Virus genome (UHGV): UHGV-0077406
Source of the DNA: a virus
Strand: one strand, 5' to 3'
DNA: 16,665 nucleotides
The notes below the pieces were generated by a model that was not told where the DNA came from, did no database searches, and worked only from the letters and a program-made list of their open reading frames with translations. A program made the translations under genes and the position numbers. Of the stretch, positions 1 through 8,015 are shown piece by piece; positions within the stretch are counted from its first letter, which is position 1, and each line of letters begins with the position of its first letter.

Positions 1-1
1 C

Positions 2-298
2 TCAGTCATTACTGATAGCGCCATAGCGTGAGCGGTAATTACGCAGGCGCGGGTCGATATATTCAGGGAATTTGTCTATTGTCGCTTTTCGCAACGGTCT
101 CATTGCTGTTTCGTTTGTTCGGTCCTTCTCCTGTTTTAGCGCGAGTTGTATATCGCGTCGGTACATCCGTTCTGCTTTTGTTTCTGGTGTCAGAGCAAGA
201 AACGCGTCGAAATTGTTTTTGATATTTTCCAGCACCTCCGCCTTGGAGCTACCGGAGCAATTGCGCGGGTCATCCGCACCATACAGAGGCGCTGGCAT
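2..298 (-). CDS. Hypothetical phage protein, partial (start codon at 298; C-terminus runs off the window edge)
   Basis: 98-aa ORF with ATG at 298 and no stop before the window edge; co-oriented and tightly packed downstream of the recombination module. No motif I can recognise. Confidence 0.4.
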   Translation of the reverse strand: MPAPLYGADDPRNCSGSSKAEVLENIKNNFDAFLALTPETKAERMYRRDIQLALKQEKDRTNETAMRPLRKATIDKFPEYIDPRLRNYRSRYGAISND

Positions 299-321
299 AA
301 TGGGAGCCTTATTTTCAATAA

Positions 322-909
322 TCAGAAAGGAGGGTAATCGTTCTGGCTGTAACCATAATCATCTGCATGATTATGGCTTACGTTTTTAGAGCGATTGTCT
401 TTATCTTTGAGGCTGGCAACCATGTTGGCGATAGTTTCTGGTTGCTTGCCTTCCGCCTTTTCTTTAAGGGTTTGACCTGTTTGTGCAATAAACGGGATGC
501 GTATTTCCATCTGGTAGCTGTCTGCGCCAGTCTTTTTGTTTGTGGTTAATACTTTCTGGAGCACTAACCCGATTTTCTTTCCATGAAATTCAGGTGCAAC
601 AAATTTACTGGCGGAAACCATATGCTGCGTTAATTGTCCAATCCCAGCACACCCCATCATGGCGTGAACGACATTTGCGCCAAATTTGTTTTCCGTTCCG
701 TCATTTTTCTGAACACAGACGCTAAGATATTGGATTTTACGGCCGTCGTCGGATTCGCCAGAAAACTCAATAAATTTGGCTCCTTTTTCTGATTGCTTTA
801 GTTCTGCTTCAGTAATGGTAATGATATGGGCGCCAGTTTCGTTAATAAAACCACCTTGCCCTGCGGTCAGTGCTGCTTCTTCGTTATAAGTAAAAATCAC
901 GTTGCTCAT
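322..909 (-). CDS. Phage protein, probable SSB-like partner of the Sak4-type ATPase (DUF669-like)
   Basis: 195-aa ORF whose start overlaps the stop of the upstream ATPase gene (906/909), indicating translational coupling. Assignment rests on synteny with Sak4 (AAA_24) modules, not on a motif. Confidence 0.5.
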   Translation of the reverse strand: MSNVIFTYNEEAALTAGQGGFINETGAHIITITEAELKQSEKGAKFIEFSGESDDGRKIQYLSVCVQKNDGTENKFGANVVHAMMGCAGIGQLTQHMVSASKFVAPEFHGKKIGLVLQKVLTTNKKTGADSYQMEIRIPFIAQTGQTLKEKAEGKQPETIANMVASLKDKDNRSKNVSHNHADDYGYSQNDYPPF

Positions 910-1586
910 GCGGCGTTTTCCTTAATTTGATGAACATTATTGATGCCGTAGTAATCACAAACAGTGGCATCGACGAAAGAGAGATCGTTATCAATCTCAT
1001 TGGAATCAAACATTCCCATTGGGGATTTGACAGTGTCTGCACCGTTGTTTTTCGTGGTGAAAAAGAACTGGTCATCGCGGGTAAGAGTGCGAAGAACTAT
1101 AGTAAACATGCCTTCGACAGTGATTTTCTCGTCCAGCATTTTGCCGATAGTTTTCATTTTCACGCGCCCCATAGGGGTTTCTTCGGTATGTGCAAGAAAA
1201 TAGACTCTCAGGTCATCAGGTGCATCCTGTGCAGCCTTAATCACCTCCCATGCGTGGCGGCCTATCTCAGTGAATTTATCAAACGATTTTTCTTCTGAGC
1301 GGCGCATAAACTCATTGCTCATCACATACTGGAAGTCATCAACAATAACGATTCTTTTCCCGTATTCGTGAGCACGCTTAATTACGGCAACTATTACGTC
1401 CCATTTGTCAGTGGTAACTACGGTTCCTTTTTTTGCTCTGGCATCCCATGCCAGCCAGTCTTTTGATTTAAATGGAAGCGGCTTGCCTATTGGTTTTATA
1501 AGTATTGCTTCCTCTGGATTGATATTTCTCATGCTGGTTGATTTTCCGGTGCCAGATTCACCGAGTATTAATGTCGCAGTTCCCAT
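906..1586 (-). CDS. Sak4-like RecA-fold ATPase (single-strand annealing / recombination module)
   Basis: N-terminal Walker A 'GESGTGKS' and hydrophobic stretch ending in DD ('RIVIVDDF', Walker B-like); about 226 aa as in phage Sak4/AAA_24 proteins; sits where lambda carries bet/exo. Confidence 0.65.
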   Translation of the reverse strand: MGTATLILGESGTGKSTSMRNINPEEAILIKPIGKPLPFKSKDWLAWDARAKKGTVVTTDKWDVIVAVIKRAHEYGKRIVIVDDFQYVMSNEFMRRSEEKSFDKFTEIGRHAWEVIKAAQDAPDDLRVYFLAHTEETPMGRVKMKTIGKMLDEKITVEGMFTIVLRTLTRDDQFFFTTKNNGADTVKSPMGMFDSNEIDNDLSFVDATVCDYYGINNVHQIKENAA

Positions 1587-1594
1587 AATTTGCC

Positions 1595-1795
1595 TCAGAA
1601 TGGTAATTCGGATGGGGAGGAAAGAAACTCACGCTCATTCATGCGCTCTCTTTGTGCCTGCCATAAGCAAAGTTGTTTCTTTGATTTATCTCCCGCTTTA
1701 CGCCAGTAACGAGCCTCAGCAATGTGATATTCTCTTTTTAATCGACTTAACTCTGGAGTTTTCGCCAGTTCTACCGGAATCATTTTGACCTCCAT
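1595..1795 (-). CDS. Small hypothetical early protein (66 aa)
   Basis: ORF between the Kil-like gene and the ATPase gene, same strand, start overlapping the upstream gene's stop. No recognisable motif. Confidence 0.4.
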   Translation of the reverse strand: MEVKMIPVELAKTPELSRLKREYHIAEARYWRKAGDKSKKQLCLWQAQRERMNEREFLSSPSELPF

Positions 1796-1893
1796 TTTCT
1801 GTAGGCTTCGACGGCCTCACGAAACATCTTTTCATCGCCAATAAAAGCGGCGATAGTGAATTTAGTCTGGATAGCCATAAGTGTTTTATCCAT
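1780..1893 (-). CDS. kil: Kil-like small protein (37 aa; host cell-division inhibitor family)
   Basis: Internal ATG at 1893 preceded by AGGAG; product 'MDKTLMAIQTKFTIAAFIGDEKMFREAVEAYRKWRSK' resembles lambda Kil as I recall it; lies immediately downstream of cIII as in lambda. The longer 79-aa reading lacks a credible RBS. Confidence 0.5.
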   Translation of the reverse strand: MDKTLMAIQTKFTIAAFIGDEKMFREAVEAYRKWRSK

Positions 1894-2026
1894 TCTTTGG
1901 GACTCCTGGCTGATTAAGTATGTCGATAAGGCGTTTCCATCCGTCACGTAATTTACGGGTGATTCGTTCAAGTAAAGATTCGGAAGGGCAGCCAGCAACA
2001 GGCCACCCTGCAATGGCATATTGCAT
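1886..2026 (-). CDS. cIII: CIII (FtsH/HflB protease inhibitor that stabilises CII)
   Basis: ATG at 2026 preceded by AAGGAG; product 'MQYAIAGWPVAGCPSESLLERITRKLRDGWKRLIDILNQPGVPKNG' is near-identical to lambda CIII over the conserved core. The 80-aa extended reading from 2128 is rejected. Confidence 0.85.
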   Translation of the reverse strand: MQYAIAGWPVAGCPSESLLERITRKLRDGWKRLIDILNQPGVPKNG

Positions 2027-2085
2027 GGTGTGCTCCTTATTTATACATAACGAAAAACGCCTCGAGTGAAGCGTTATTGGTATGC

Positions 2086-2113
2086 ATATAAAAAGGCCCT
2101 CACACTGGAGGGC
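2086..2113 (-). terminator. Putative rho-independent terminator (minus strand)
   Basis: 6-bp GC-rich stem GCCCTC/GAGGGC with 6-nt loop; on the minus strand it is followed by TTTTTATAT. Confidence 0.45.
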
Positions 2114-2230
2114 AAAGAAGATTTCCAATAATCAGAACAAGTCGGCTCCTGTTTAGTTACGAGCGACATTGCTCCGTGTATTCACTCGTTGGAATGAATA
2201 CACAGTGCAGTGTTTATTCTGTTGTTTATG

Positions 2231-2258
2231 CCAAAAATAAAGGCCGACTATGCGGCCT
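2231..2258 (-). terminator. Rho-independent terminator after the SieB-like gene
   Basis: Stem AGGCCG/CGGCCT (6 bp, 6-nt loop) followed on the minus strand by TTATTTTTGG; lies 5 nt downstream of the stop of the 149-aa ORF. Confidence 0.6.
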
Positions 2259-2262
2259 GAAA

Positions 2263-2712
2263 TTACTTAACCAATGATGCTGCATATTCGATAAGGTAAA
2301 GCTTTGGGGCCAGCCAAATTTTTAACCAAGTCATATTGGTTACTACACCAATAATAAAAATCCCCCACAGAGTCAAAACTCCAACCAATGGCATGATAAG
2401 AAGATTAATATCACCTTTGCTATCCCAAACCATTGTCGGCCTGTATTTGGGATTTCCTTTCTCCCATGAATATCCTTCATCACCGATTTTACCTGTCTCA
2501 ACTCTTTGGCACTGCTTCTTCATAAACCAGAAAACCAGTGGGATTGTTAGAATGGCCATTAATGTTTTAATCAGACTGTCAACCATATTCCATAGCAGCA
2601 ACTGATGAACAACATCAGGAATCTGTGCCTGGCTAAATGAAACAGCCGCGTCTATTCCATTACTGGCTTTTTGCAGTAGTTCTACGAGAATCTTGTTTGC
2701 TTGTTCTTCCAT
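2263..2712 (-). CDS. Small inner-membrane protein with two predicted TM helices; possible superinfection-exclusion protein (SieB-like)
   Basis: 149-aa ORF with two hydrophobic segments ('LMAILTIPLVFWFM', 'LLIMPLVGVLTLWGIFIIGVV'); occupies the sieB position of the lambda pL operon between N and cIII; own terminator downstream. Function inferred from position. Confidence 0.45.
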   Translation of the reverse strand: MEEQANKILVELLQKASNGIDAAVSFSQAQIPDVVHQLLLWNMVDSLIKTLMAILTIPLVFWFMKKQCQRVETGKIGDEGYSWEKGNPKYRPTMVWDSKGDINLLIMPLVGVLTLWGIFIIGVVTNMTWLKIWLAPKLYLIEYAASLVK

Positions 2713-2851
2713 ATATCACCTTGATTGTAATAAGCATGAAATTATTTACGGACAAAAATAAAGGCCACCATCAGGCAGCCTTGTAGTTCTGTTTACCAAG
2801 TTCTCTGGCAATCATTGTCGTCGTTCGTATTGTCCACACCATTGATTTGTA

Positions 2852-2938
2852 TCAATAGTCGTAGTCATACGGATAGTCCTGGTATTGTTCCATCACATCC
2901 TGAGGATGCTCTTCGAACTCTTCAAATTCTTCTTCCAT
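2852..2938 (-). CDS. Small acidic, Tyr-rich peptide (28 aa)
   Basis: ATG at 2938 preceded by GAGGTGAT; product 'MEEEFEEFEEHPQDVMEQYQDYPYDYDY'. Below the ORF-track length cutoff; occupies the ral-equivalent position just downstream of N. Confidence 0.3.
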   Translation of the reverse strand: MEEEFEEFEEHPQDVMEQYQDYPYDYDY

Positions 2939-2996
2939 ATATCACCTCAAATAAGTGGTTTGCTGCCTAATTTCATTTTCTGGCGACCAACACAAG

Positions 2997-3380
2997 TCAC
3001 CTCGCCGTCAGTTGTTTTGATTTCCGGTAGCCTGCCGCGTAAATGGCTACGTTTGGAAGACATACACCAGTTTCTGGTTGCCTATGCCCAAACTCATTCG
3101 CGTACACAATGGCCGCTCTCTCCAGATTGCGTCTGTATTCTTTCTGTTGCCAGATCACGTCCTGTGCCATGAACTTAATTGGCTTAGCGTCTTCTATGCG
3201 CTCAGGCGTTTCGTGTTTACCTTTAGCCTGAATCTGTGCCAGACTGAGGGTAGGGCGGTGTAATACTTCTGAACTTATTGCTTCTTCGCGGGCCAGCACG
3301 CCGTTAGCTAATGCCTTTGCCTTTAAACGCTCACGACGACGAGAACGTGAATTGCCTTTGAACTGAGTTCTGCGTGTCAT
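2997..3380 (-). CDS. N: N-family transcription antiterminator (non-lambda specificity)
   Basis: First gene downstream of pL/nutL; AGGAGG RBS; N-terminal arginine-rich motif 'TRRTQFKGNSRSRRRERLKAKA'; 127 aa. Sequence differs from lambda N, so this gene lies outside the lambda-derived immunity segment. Confidence 0.7.
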   Translation of the reverse strand: MTRRTQFKGNSRSRRRERLKAKALANGVLAREEAISSEVLHRPTLSLAQIQAKGKHETPERIEDAKPIKFMAQDVIWQQKEYRRNLERAAIVYANEFGHRQPETGVCLPNVAIYAAGYRKSKQLTAR

Positions 3381-3545
3381 ATAGACCTCCTGATGAACTT
3401 TGGTGGTGTGGTAGGTGGGAGACCCATTTCGACCTGTTTCGGCCTACTTCAATTCGGCAATAGTCCCGCAGGCCTCGCCGCTTTACGTGCGACATATTCC
3501 CGTCCATGAACCCTTCACCACACCCCAAAGTTCACTTTGGTTATT

Positions 3546-3560
3546 GCGCTTTGTCAGCGC
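3546..3560 (-). promoter_or_regulatory. nutL boxB hairpin (P22-type GCGCUGACAAAGCGC)
   Basis: Minus-strand transcript reads GCGCTGACAAAGCGC, a 5-bp stem with GACAA loop, in the pL leader upstream of N; the same loop type recurs at nutR. Confidence 0.55.
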
Positions 3561-3628
3561 CGTAGATTCATATTCGAATCGTTGTATATTCACCGCCCTG
3601 GTGAGTAGTGCGTCCTGCTGATGTGTTT

Positions 3629-3691
3629 AGTATCACCGCCAGTGGTATTTATGTCAACACCGCTAGAGATAATTAATCACCGCAGATGGTT
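3629..3691 (-). promoter_or_regulatory. pL promoter with operators OL1 (3631-3647), OL2 (3655-3671), OL3 (3675-3691)
   Basis: Lambda operator sequences read directly: TATCACCGCCAGTGGTA, CAACACCGCTAGAGATA, AATCACCGCAGATGGTT. On the minus strand, -35 TTGACA (3652-3657) and -10 GATACT (3629-3634) are spaced as in lambda pL. Confidence 0.85.
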
Positions 3692-3833
3692 ATCTGTATG
3701 TTTTTTATATGAATTTATTTTTTGCAGGGGGCATTGTTTGGTAGGTGAGAGATCTGAATTGCTATGTTTAGTGAGTTGTATCTATTAATTTTCAAATAAA
3801 TACAATTGGTTATGTGTTTTTTTTGGGGGGGTA

Positions 3834-3862
3834 GGCAAAGAAAACCCGGCTCGGTGGCCGGG
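3834..3862 (-). terminator. Rho-independent terminator ending the cI-distal cassette
   Basis: Stem CCCGGC/GCCGGG (6 bp, 6-nt loop) followed on the minus strand by TTTTCTTTG, starting 8 nt after the stop of the 310-aa gene. Confidence 0.6.
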
Positions 3863-3869
3863 TGAGATA

Positions 3870-4802
3870 TTAAAGAACCGATTTAACAAGATGGTTTTTA
3901 CGGTACAGACCTATGCGATCATTGTGAATCTCAGTAGTCTCCACTAAAAGAGAAACAATCTGTCCGACCTTGTGTTTTTTTTGTATTAAATCTAGCATTT
4001 CAATCGGATAGGAAGCCTTTAAATGTTCACCACCAACATCAAGCTCCAGCTTCCCATATTTGGATAGAACGACCAGTTCGCCTGTAACCGTTTCAGTAAT
4101 GGGAGGGGATGAAATGGTTGATGTAAGTCTACTCACCAAGTACTTAATTTTATTGGAGTCAATAGTTGCCACCTTGGTGCCATTACTAAATGGACCGGTC
4201 CAACTTGCATCAAATGTTAAGTTGTGTTTATCGCATTCCTCTACGATTCTCTTAAGGCTTACAGTGGAATTGTATCCAATTTCAGCGACGTGATTCATGA
4301 AGTTGTTGTCGTCATCGCTTAACAACAAATCGAATATGCCTTTTACAGCCTTGCTGGGTACTGTTTCTACTAATTCTGCTATTCCTGTAGAGAAGGTGAC
4401 GCCCAATTTTGTAGACCCAGGGGATAAATCAGCCAGCCTGAGGTTTAAGGAGCTTTTCACGTCGTAGGGAACTTTTTTTGAGTCCTTGCCTGAGGCAATT
4501 TTGTGTGTTGCTCTTTGTATTAGCGCTGCAAGATTTGTTGAAATAGCCCCAAGCAGCTCTAAAGGAATAGAGCCAAAGTCAACCTCAGAGCCTTTCAGCC
4601 GCAGCTCAAAAAAATCGATAAGTGGGTGCCGACTATCTTGCTTTAATTTTTCGGCCTTCAAATCGCTCAGATGAGAATCCATGGAGCGATAAAGAAGCAT
4701 GTCAGCAAAGGACCTGGTTTTGTTTTGCTTCATTGCATCGACTTCTTTTTGAATGAAATCAATGCGTTTATCGCAATTTTTAAACATTGATTTATCATTC
4801 AT
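3870..4802 (-). CDS. Hypothetical 310-aa protein; second gene of the two-gene cassette in the rexAB-equivalent slot (candidate effector or sensor)
   Basis: Long AT-rich ORF; start at 4802 overlaps the stop of the upstream gene as ATGA; no TM segments and no catalytic motif I can recognise; unrelated to RexA or RexB as I recall them. Confidence 0.6.
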   Translation of the reverse strand: MNDKSMFKNCDKRIDFIQKEVDAMKQNKTRSFADMLLYRSMDSHLSDLKAEKLKQDSRHPLIDFFELRLKGSEVDFGSIPLELLGAISTNLAALIQRATHKIASGKDSKKVPYDVKSSLNLRLADLSPGSTKLGVTFSTGIAELVETVPSKAVKGIFDLLLSDDDNNFMNHVAEIGYNSTVSLKRIVEECDKHNLTFDASWTGPFSNGTKVATIDSNKIKYLVSRLTSTISSPPITETVTGELVVLSKYGKLELDVGGEHLKASYPIEMLDLIQKKHKVGQIVSLLVETTEIHNDRIGLYRKNHLVKSVL

Positions 4803-5278
4803 AAAAAAATCCTCACTAACCCTTTCGGGTTTTCACTGCGATCAAAACCAAACCAACCGCGCCAGTAGCTACGCCAGTACTCATAATCATAGTTAGGGTC
4901 ATCTAAATTCTTCATGAGTAGTAGGACATCAATTTTGTAGTTTTGTTTGATGTAGTTTCGGTCAAGCAAATTATCGACGCGGCCCCGAAGCATGACAGGT
5001 ATTGAGTTTATATTGCTATAGTCACATACCAACAAAATATCAATATCATCAGGCTCTGGTTTAGACGTGGTGTATGAACCATCAACCCATATTTCTGTAA
5101 AACAGCCATATTGAGCAGATAATTCTCGAATAGATTCGAGTAGCTGTATAAAATTACAGTATAGCATGCCTCGCCTGGATGATGAAGGAAAGCAATCGAC
5201 ACAATACGATTTTAATCCAGCTTCATCCATGTCATGGAACCCTGGCTCAAACAGGGGTGGGTAATTAATTTTATCCAT
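4799..5278 (-). CDS. Minimal pol-beta-superfamily nucleotidyltransferase (MNT/SMODS-like), 159 aa; first gene of the cassette
   Basis: Signature 'VDGSYTTSKPEPDDIDILLV' matches the hG[GS]-x9-Dh[DE]h NTase motif, with a possible third acidic residue in 'LLLMKNLDD'; Cys-rich N-terminus; co-oriented with cI and 149 nt downstream of its stop. Confidence 0.6.
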   Translation of the reverse strand: MDKINYPPLFEPGFHDMDEAGLKSYCVDCFPSSSRRGMLYCNFIQLLESIRELSAQYGCFTEIWVDGSYTTSKPEPDDIDILLVCDYSNINSIPVMLRGRVDNLLDRNYIKQNYKIDVLLLMKNLDDPNYDYEYWRSYWRGWFGFDRSENPKGLVRIFL

Positions 5279-5427
5279 AAAAAACCTTGCTATACATTTG
5301 TTTTTTTTATTAAAAATCTAACCACCGAAATGGTGACGGCAAGATGTTACATGGGGTTACAATCAGCCAATACACCGCATTAAATAATTTTTTCACCAGC
5401 TATGCGCCGACCAGAACACCTTGCCCA

Positions 5428-6144
<717 letters not shown>

Positions 6145-6151
6145 TTAAATC

Positions 6152-6217
6152 TATCACCGCAAGGGATAAACTTCTAACACCGTGCGTGTTGACTATTTTA
6201 CCTCTAGCGGTGATAAT
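6152..6217 (+). promoter_or_regulatory. OR3 (6152-6168), OR2 (6175-6191), OR1 (6199-6215) with pR (-35 TTGACT 6189-6194, -10 GATAAT 6212-6217) and divergent pRM
   Basis: Lambda operator sequences read directly: TATCACCGCAAGGGATA, TAACACCGTGCGTGTTG, TACCTCTAGCGGTGATA (one mismatch to lambda OR1); promoter hexamers at lambda-like spacing. Confidence 0.9.
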
Positions 6218-6241
6218 GATTGCCTGTACTAAGGAGGTTGT

Positions 6242-6442
6242 ATGGAACAACGCATAACCCTGAAAGATTATGCAATACGCTTTGGGCAAACCAAGACGGC
6301 TAAAGATCTCGGCGTATATCAAAGCGCGATTAACAAGGCCATTCATGCAGGCCGAAAGATTTTTTTAACTATAAACGCTGATGGAAGCGTTTATGCGGAA
6401 GAAATAAAGCCCTTCCCAAGTAACAAAAAAACAACTGCATAA
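6242..6442 (+). CDS. cro: Cro repressor
   Basis: 66-aa product '[66 protein letters not shown]' is near-identical to lambda Cro; AAGGAGG RBS. Confidence 0.95.
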   Translation: MEQRITLKDYAIRFGQTKTAKDLGVYQSAINKAIHAGRKIFLTINADGSVYAEEIKPFPSNKKTTA

Positions 6443-6450
6443 GTAACACC

Positions 6451-6514
6451 GCTCTTTTCACAATGGACATTCGTCCTACGTCGCTGACAAAGCGAGCCCC
6501 AAGATATCTGACCA
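6451..6514 (+). promoter_or_regulatory. nutR: boxA-like CGCTCTTTT (6451-6459) and boxB hairpin TCGCTGACAAAGCGA (6500-6514)
   Basis: Read directly between cro and cII; boxB is a 5-bp stem with the same GACAA loop as nutL. Confidence 0.6.
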
Positions 6515-6579
6515 ACTAAGGCCATATGCGTTTCCACGCATACCTTTCAACTAACTATTCACTATTGGAAAATTAACAA

Positions 6580-6876
6580 ATGACACAAGCAAGTTACAGC
6601 AAGCCAACACAGCGAGAAATTGATCGCGCAGAAACAGATTTACTCATCAACCTGTCAACGCTTACCCAGCGCGGTCTGGCAAAGATGATTGGCTGTCATG
6701 AATCGAAGATAAGCAGAACGGACTGGAGATTTATTGCTTCGGTCTTGTGTGCTTTTGGAATGGCATCAGACATCAGTCCGATTAGCAGGGCTTTTAAGTA
6801 TGCGCTTGATGAAATCACAAAGAAAAAATCCCCGGCTGCCACCGAGGATTTTAAGCAAATTGATATGCAATTCTGA
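6580..6876 (+). CDS. cII: CII-family transcriptional activator (divergent from lambda CII)
   Basis: Position after cro/nutR; C-terminus '[18 protein letters not shown]' parallels lambda CII 'KKRPAATERSEQIQMEF'. TTGC-N6-TTGC (CII site of a leftward pRE) lies on the opposite strand at 6589-6602, overlapping the start of the gene as in lambda. Confidence 0.7.
   Translation: MTQASYSKPTQREIDRAETDLLINLSTLTQRGLAKMIGCHESKISRTDWRFIASVLCAFGMASDISPISRAFKYALDEITKKKSPAATEDFKQIDMQF
6819..6847 (-). terminator. Putative oop-like antisense terminator overlapping the 3' end of cII
   Basis: On the minus strand: stem CCTCGG/CCGGGG (6 bp with one G-U pair), 6-nt loop, then ATTTTTTCTTT; same location and orientation as the lambda oop RNA terminator. 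Confidence 0.45.
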
Positions 6877-6908
6877 GGGAATTACTGGATCAATCCACAG
6901 GAGTAATT

Positions 6909-7055
6909 ATGACAAAACAACTCAGTCCTTACCAGGACAAAATTCACAAACACATACTACGTGATCGCTTCCTGTCCAGCTTCAAGCAGCCTGGTCGATT
7001 CCGGGCTGAGTTGGAAAAAGTGAAGCTGATGCAGAAGGAGAAAGGTCATGAGTAA
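6909..7055 (+). CDS. Small hypothetical protein (48 aa) between cII and O
   Basis: ATG at 6909 with AGGAGT RBS; product '[48 protein letters not shown]'; 3' end overlaps the O start codon. Below the ORF-track cutoff. Confidence 0.35.
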   Translation: MTKQLSPYQDKIHKHILRDRFLSSFKQPGRFRAELEKVKLMQKEKGHE

Positions 7056-7908
7056 TCTTGCAACCGTAACACATTTAAGGCCTTCACAACGGCCTGTGGA
7101 GCGTCGTGTGGCAGAAGTTGAAGATGGTTATACCCGTCTTGCAAATGCCCTGTATGAAGAGCTTATCGGCGCAGATTTAACAAAAAATCAGAGTAAGGTT
7201 GCCCACGCCATATGCCGTAAAACATACGGATACGGTAAAAAGATGGATCGCATCTCTGATAGTCAGTTAGCTCAAATTACCAGGCTGCCAAGACAGAAGG
7301 TAAACAAGGCCAAGAATGAGCTTATCGCGATGAAGGTAATCCTTCGCGAAGGCCAGCAAATCGGGCCTAACAAGAACATCGAGGAATGGCAAATCGAAGG
7401 GTGTCACTACTCTGGTGATAATGTCACTGCATTGGTGACAAAAAGTGTCACCAAAACGGTGACAGCGCTGTCACCAAAACAGGGACACACAAAAGAAACT
7501 ATTACAAAAGAAAAAAGAAATAATAAAAACACTATGTCCGAAAGTGTTCGGACGGAGTGTGAAAAATCATCTGACCGTCACGAAGAAACCGACAAGGCAT
7601 TCGAGGAAATATTCTGGTGTGCAGGCATGCGGAAAGCCGGGAAGAAAAACGCAGCTTCGGCATTCAGAACACAGTTCAGGGAATGGCGTAAAACTACCAG
7701 GGGTACGGCAAGCGAGTTTGCCACGATGCTGGCAGAAGACATCGCATGCAGGAATGGTAAGCAGTTCGGATTCGACAGGTTGTTACCATCGAGCTACCTG
7801 AACGGTCAACGCTGGAACGACGAAAAGCCAGAAACCATTCAACCACAATCCAAACCATCATCCGCAATCACCGTATCGAAAACTGGCTACGTGTTTTTCG
7901 ACAGGTGA
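7048..7908 (+). CDS. O: Replication initiator O (lambda O-like N-terminal domain)
   Basis: N-terminal region ('[14 protein letters not shown]...[40 protein letters not shown]...GPNKNIEEW') parallels lambda O; GAAGGAG RBS; origin iterons lie inside the gene. Confidence 0.85.
   Translation: MSNLATVTHLRPSQRPVERRVAEVEDGYTRLANALYEELIGADLTKNQSKVAHAICRKTYGYGKKMDRISDSQLAQITRLPRQKVNKAKNELIAMKVILREGQQIGPNKNIEEWQIEGCHYSGDNVTALVTKSVTKTVTALSPKQGHTKETITKEKRNNKNTMSESVRTECEKSSDRHEETDKAFEEIFWCAGMRKAGKKNAASAFRTQFREWRKTTRGTASEFATMLAEDIACRNGKQFGFDRLLPSSYLNGQRWNDEKPETIQPQSKPSSAITVSKTGYVFFDR
7401..7530. repeat. Replication origin: four iteron-like TGTCAC(C)...GGTGACA repeats followed by an AT-rich tract
   Basis: Repeats around 7401-7420, 7421-7439, 7445-7465 and 7466-7489, each with internal dyad symmetry, then an A-rich stretch 7490-7530; same architecture and intragenic placement as lambda ori. 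Confidence 0.6.
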
Positions 7909-8015
7909 ACCATGAAATCAAAAATCAAATCGCTACTGGTCGCTGGTTATAACCACGGCTGGTTAAGTATTTCGTTTGTCGATTTCTGGTTTAAAAATCT
8001 CAATCTGAGGGAATC

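Noticed and set aside
1886-2128. 80-aa extended reading of the cIII frame
   Set aside because: The conserved CIII sequence begins at the internal ATG (2026), which has a strong AAGGAG RBS; the upstream extension has none.
2114-2230. 31-aa minus-strand ORF (MSLVTKQEPTCSDYWKSSLPSSVRAFLYAYQ) between the two terminators
   Set aside because: The only SD-like sequence (GGAG) is 2 nt from the ATG, too close to function; the interval is better explained as structured RNA.
3870-4802. HEPN Rx4-6H motif in the 310-aa protein (e.g. 'RSMDSH'), which would make the pair a HEPN/MNT toxin-antitoxin
   Set aside because: The only matches are isolated short strings in non-canonical positions; not enough to assign a HEPN domain without profile or structure comparison.
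3870-5278. Identity with lambda rexB/rexA
   Set aside because: Same position and orientation as rex, but the products are different sizes (310 and 159 aa), lack RexB-like TM helices and do not resemble either Rex protein as I recall them.
7401-7530. Possible CRISPR array
   Set aside because: The repeats are short, imperfect, palindromic and lie inside the O gene followed by an AT-rich tract, which is origin-iteron architecture; no other CRISPR-like repeat-spacer array seen in the window.
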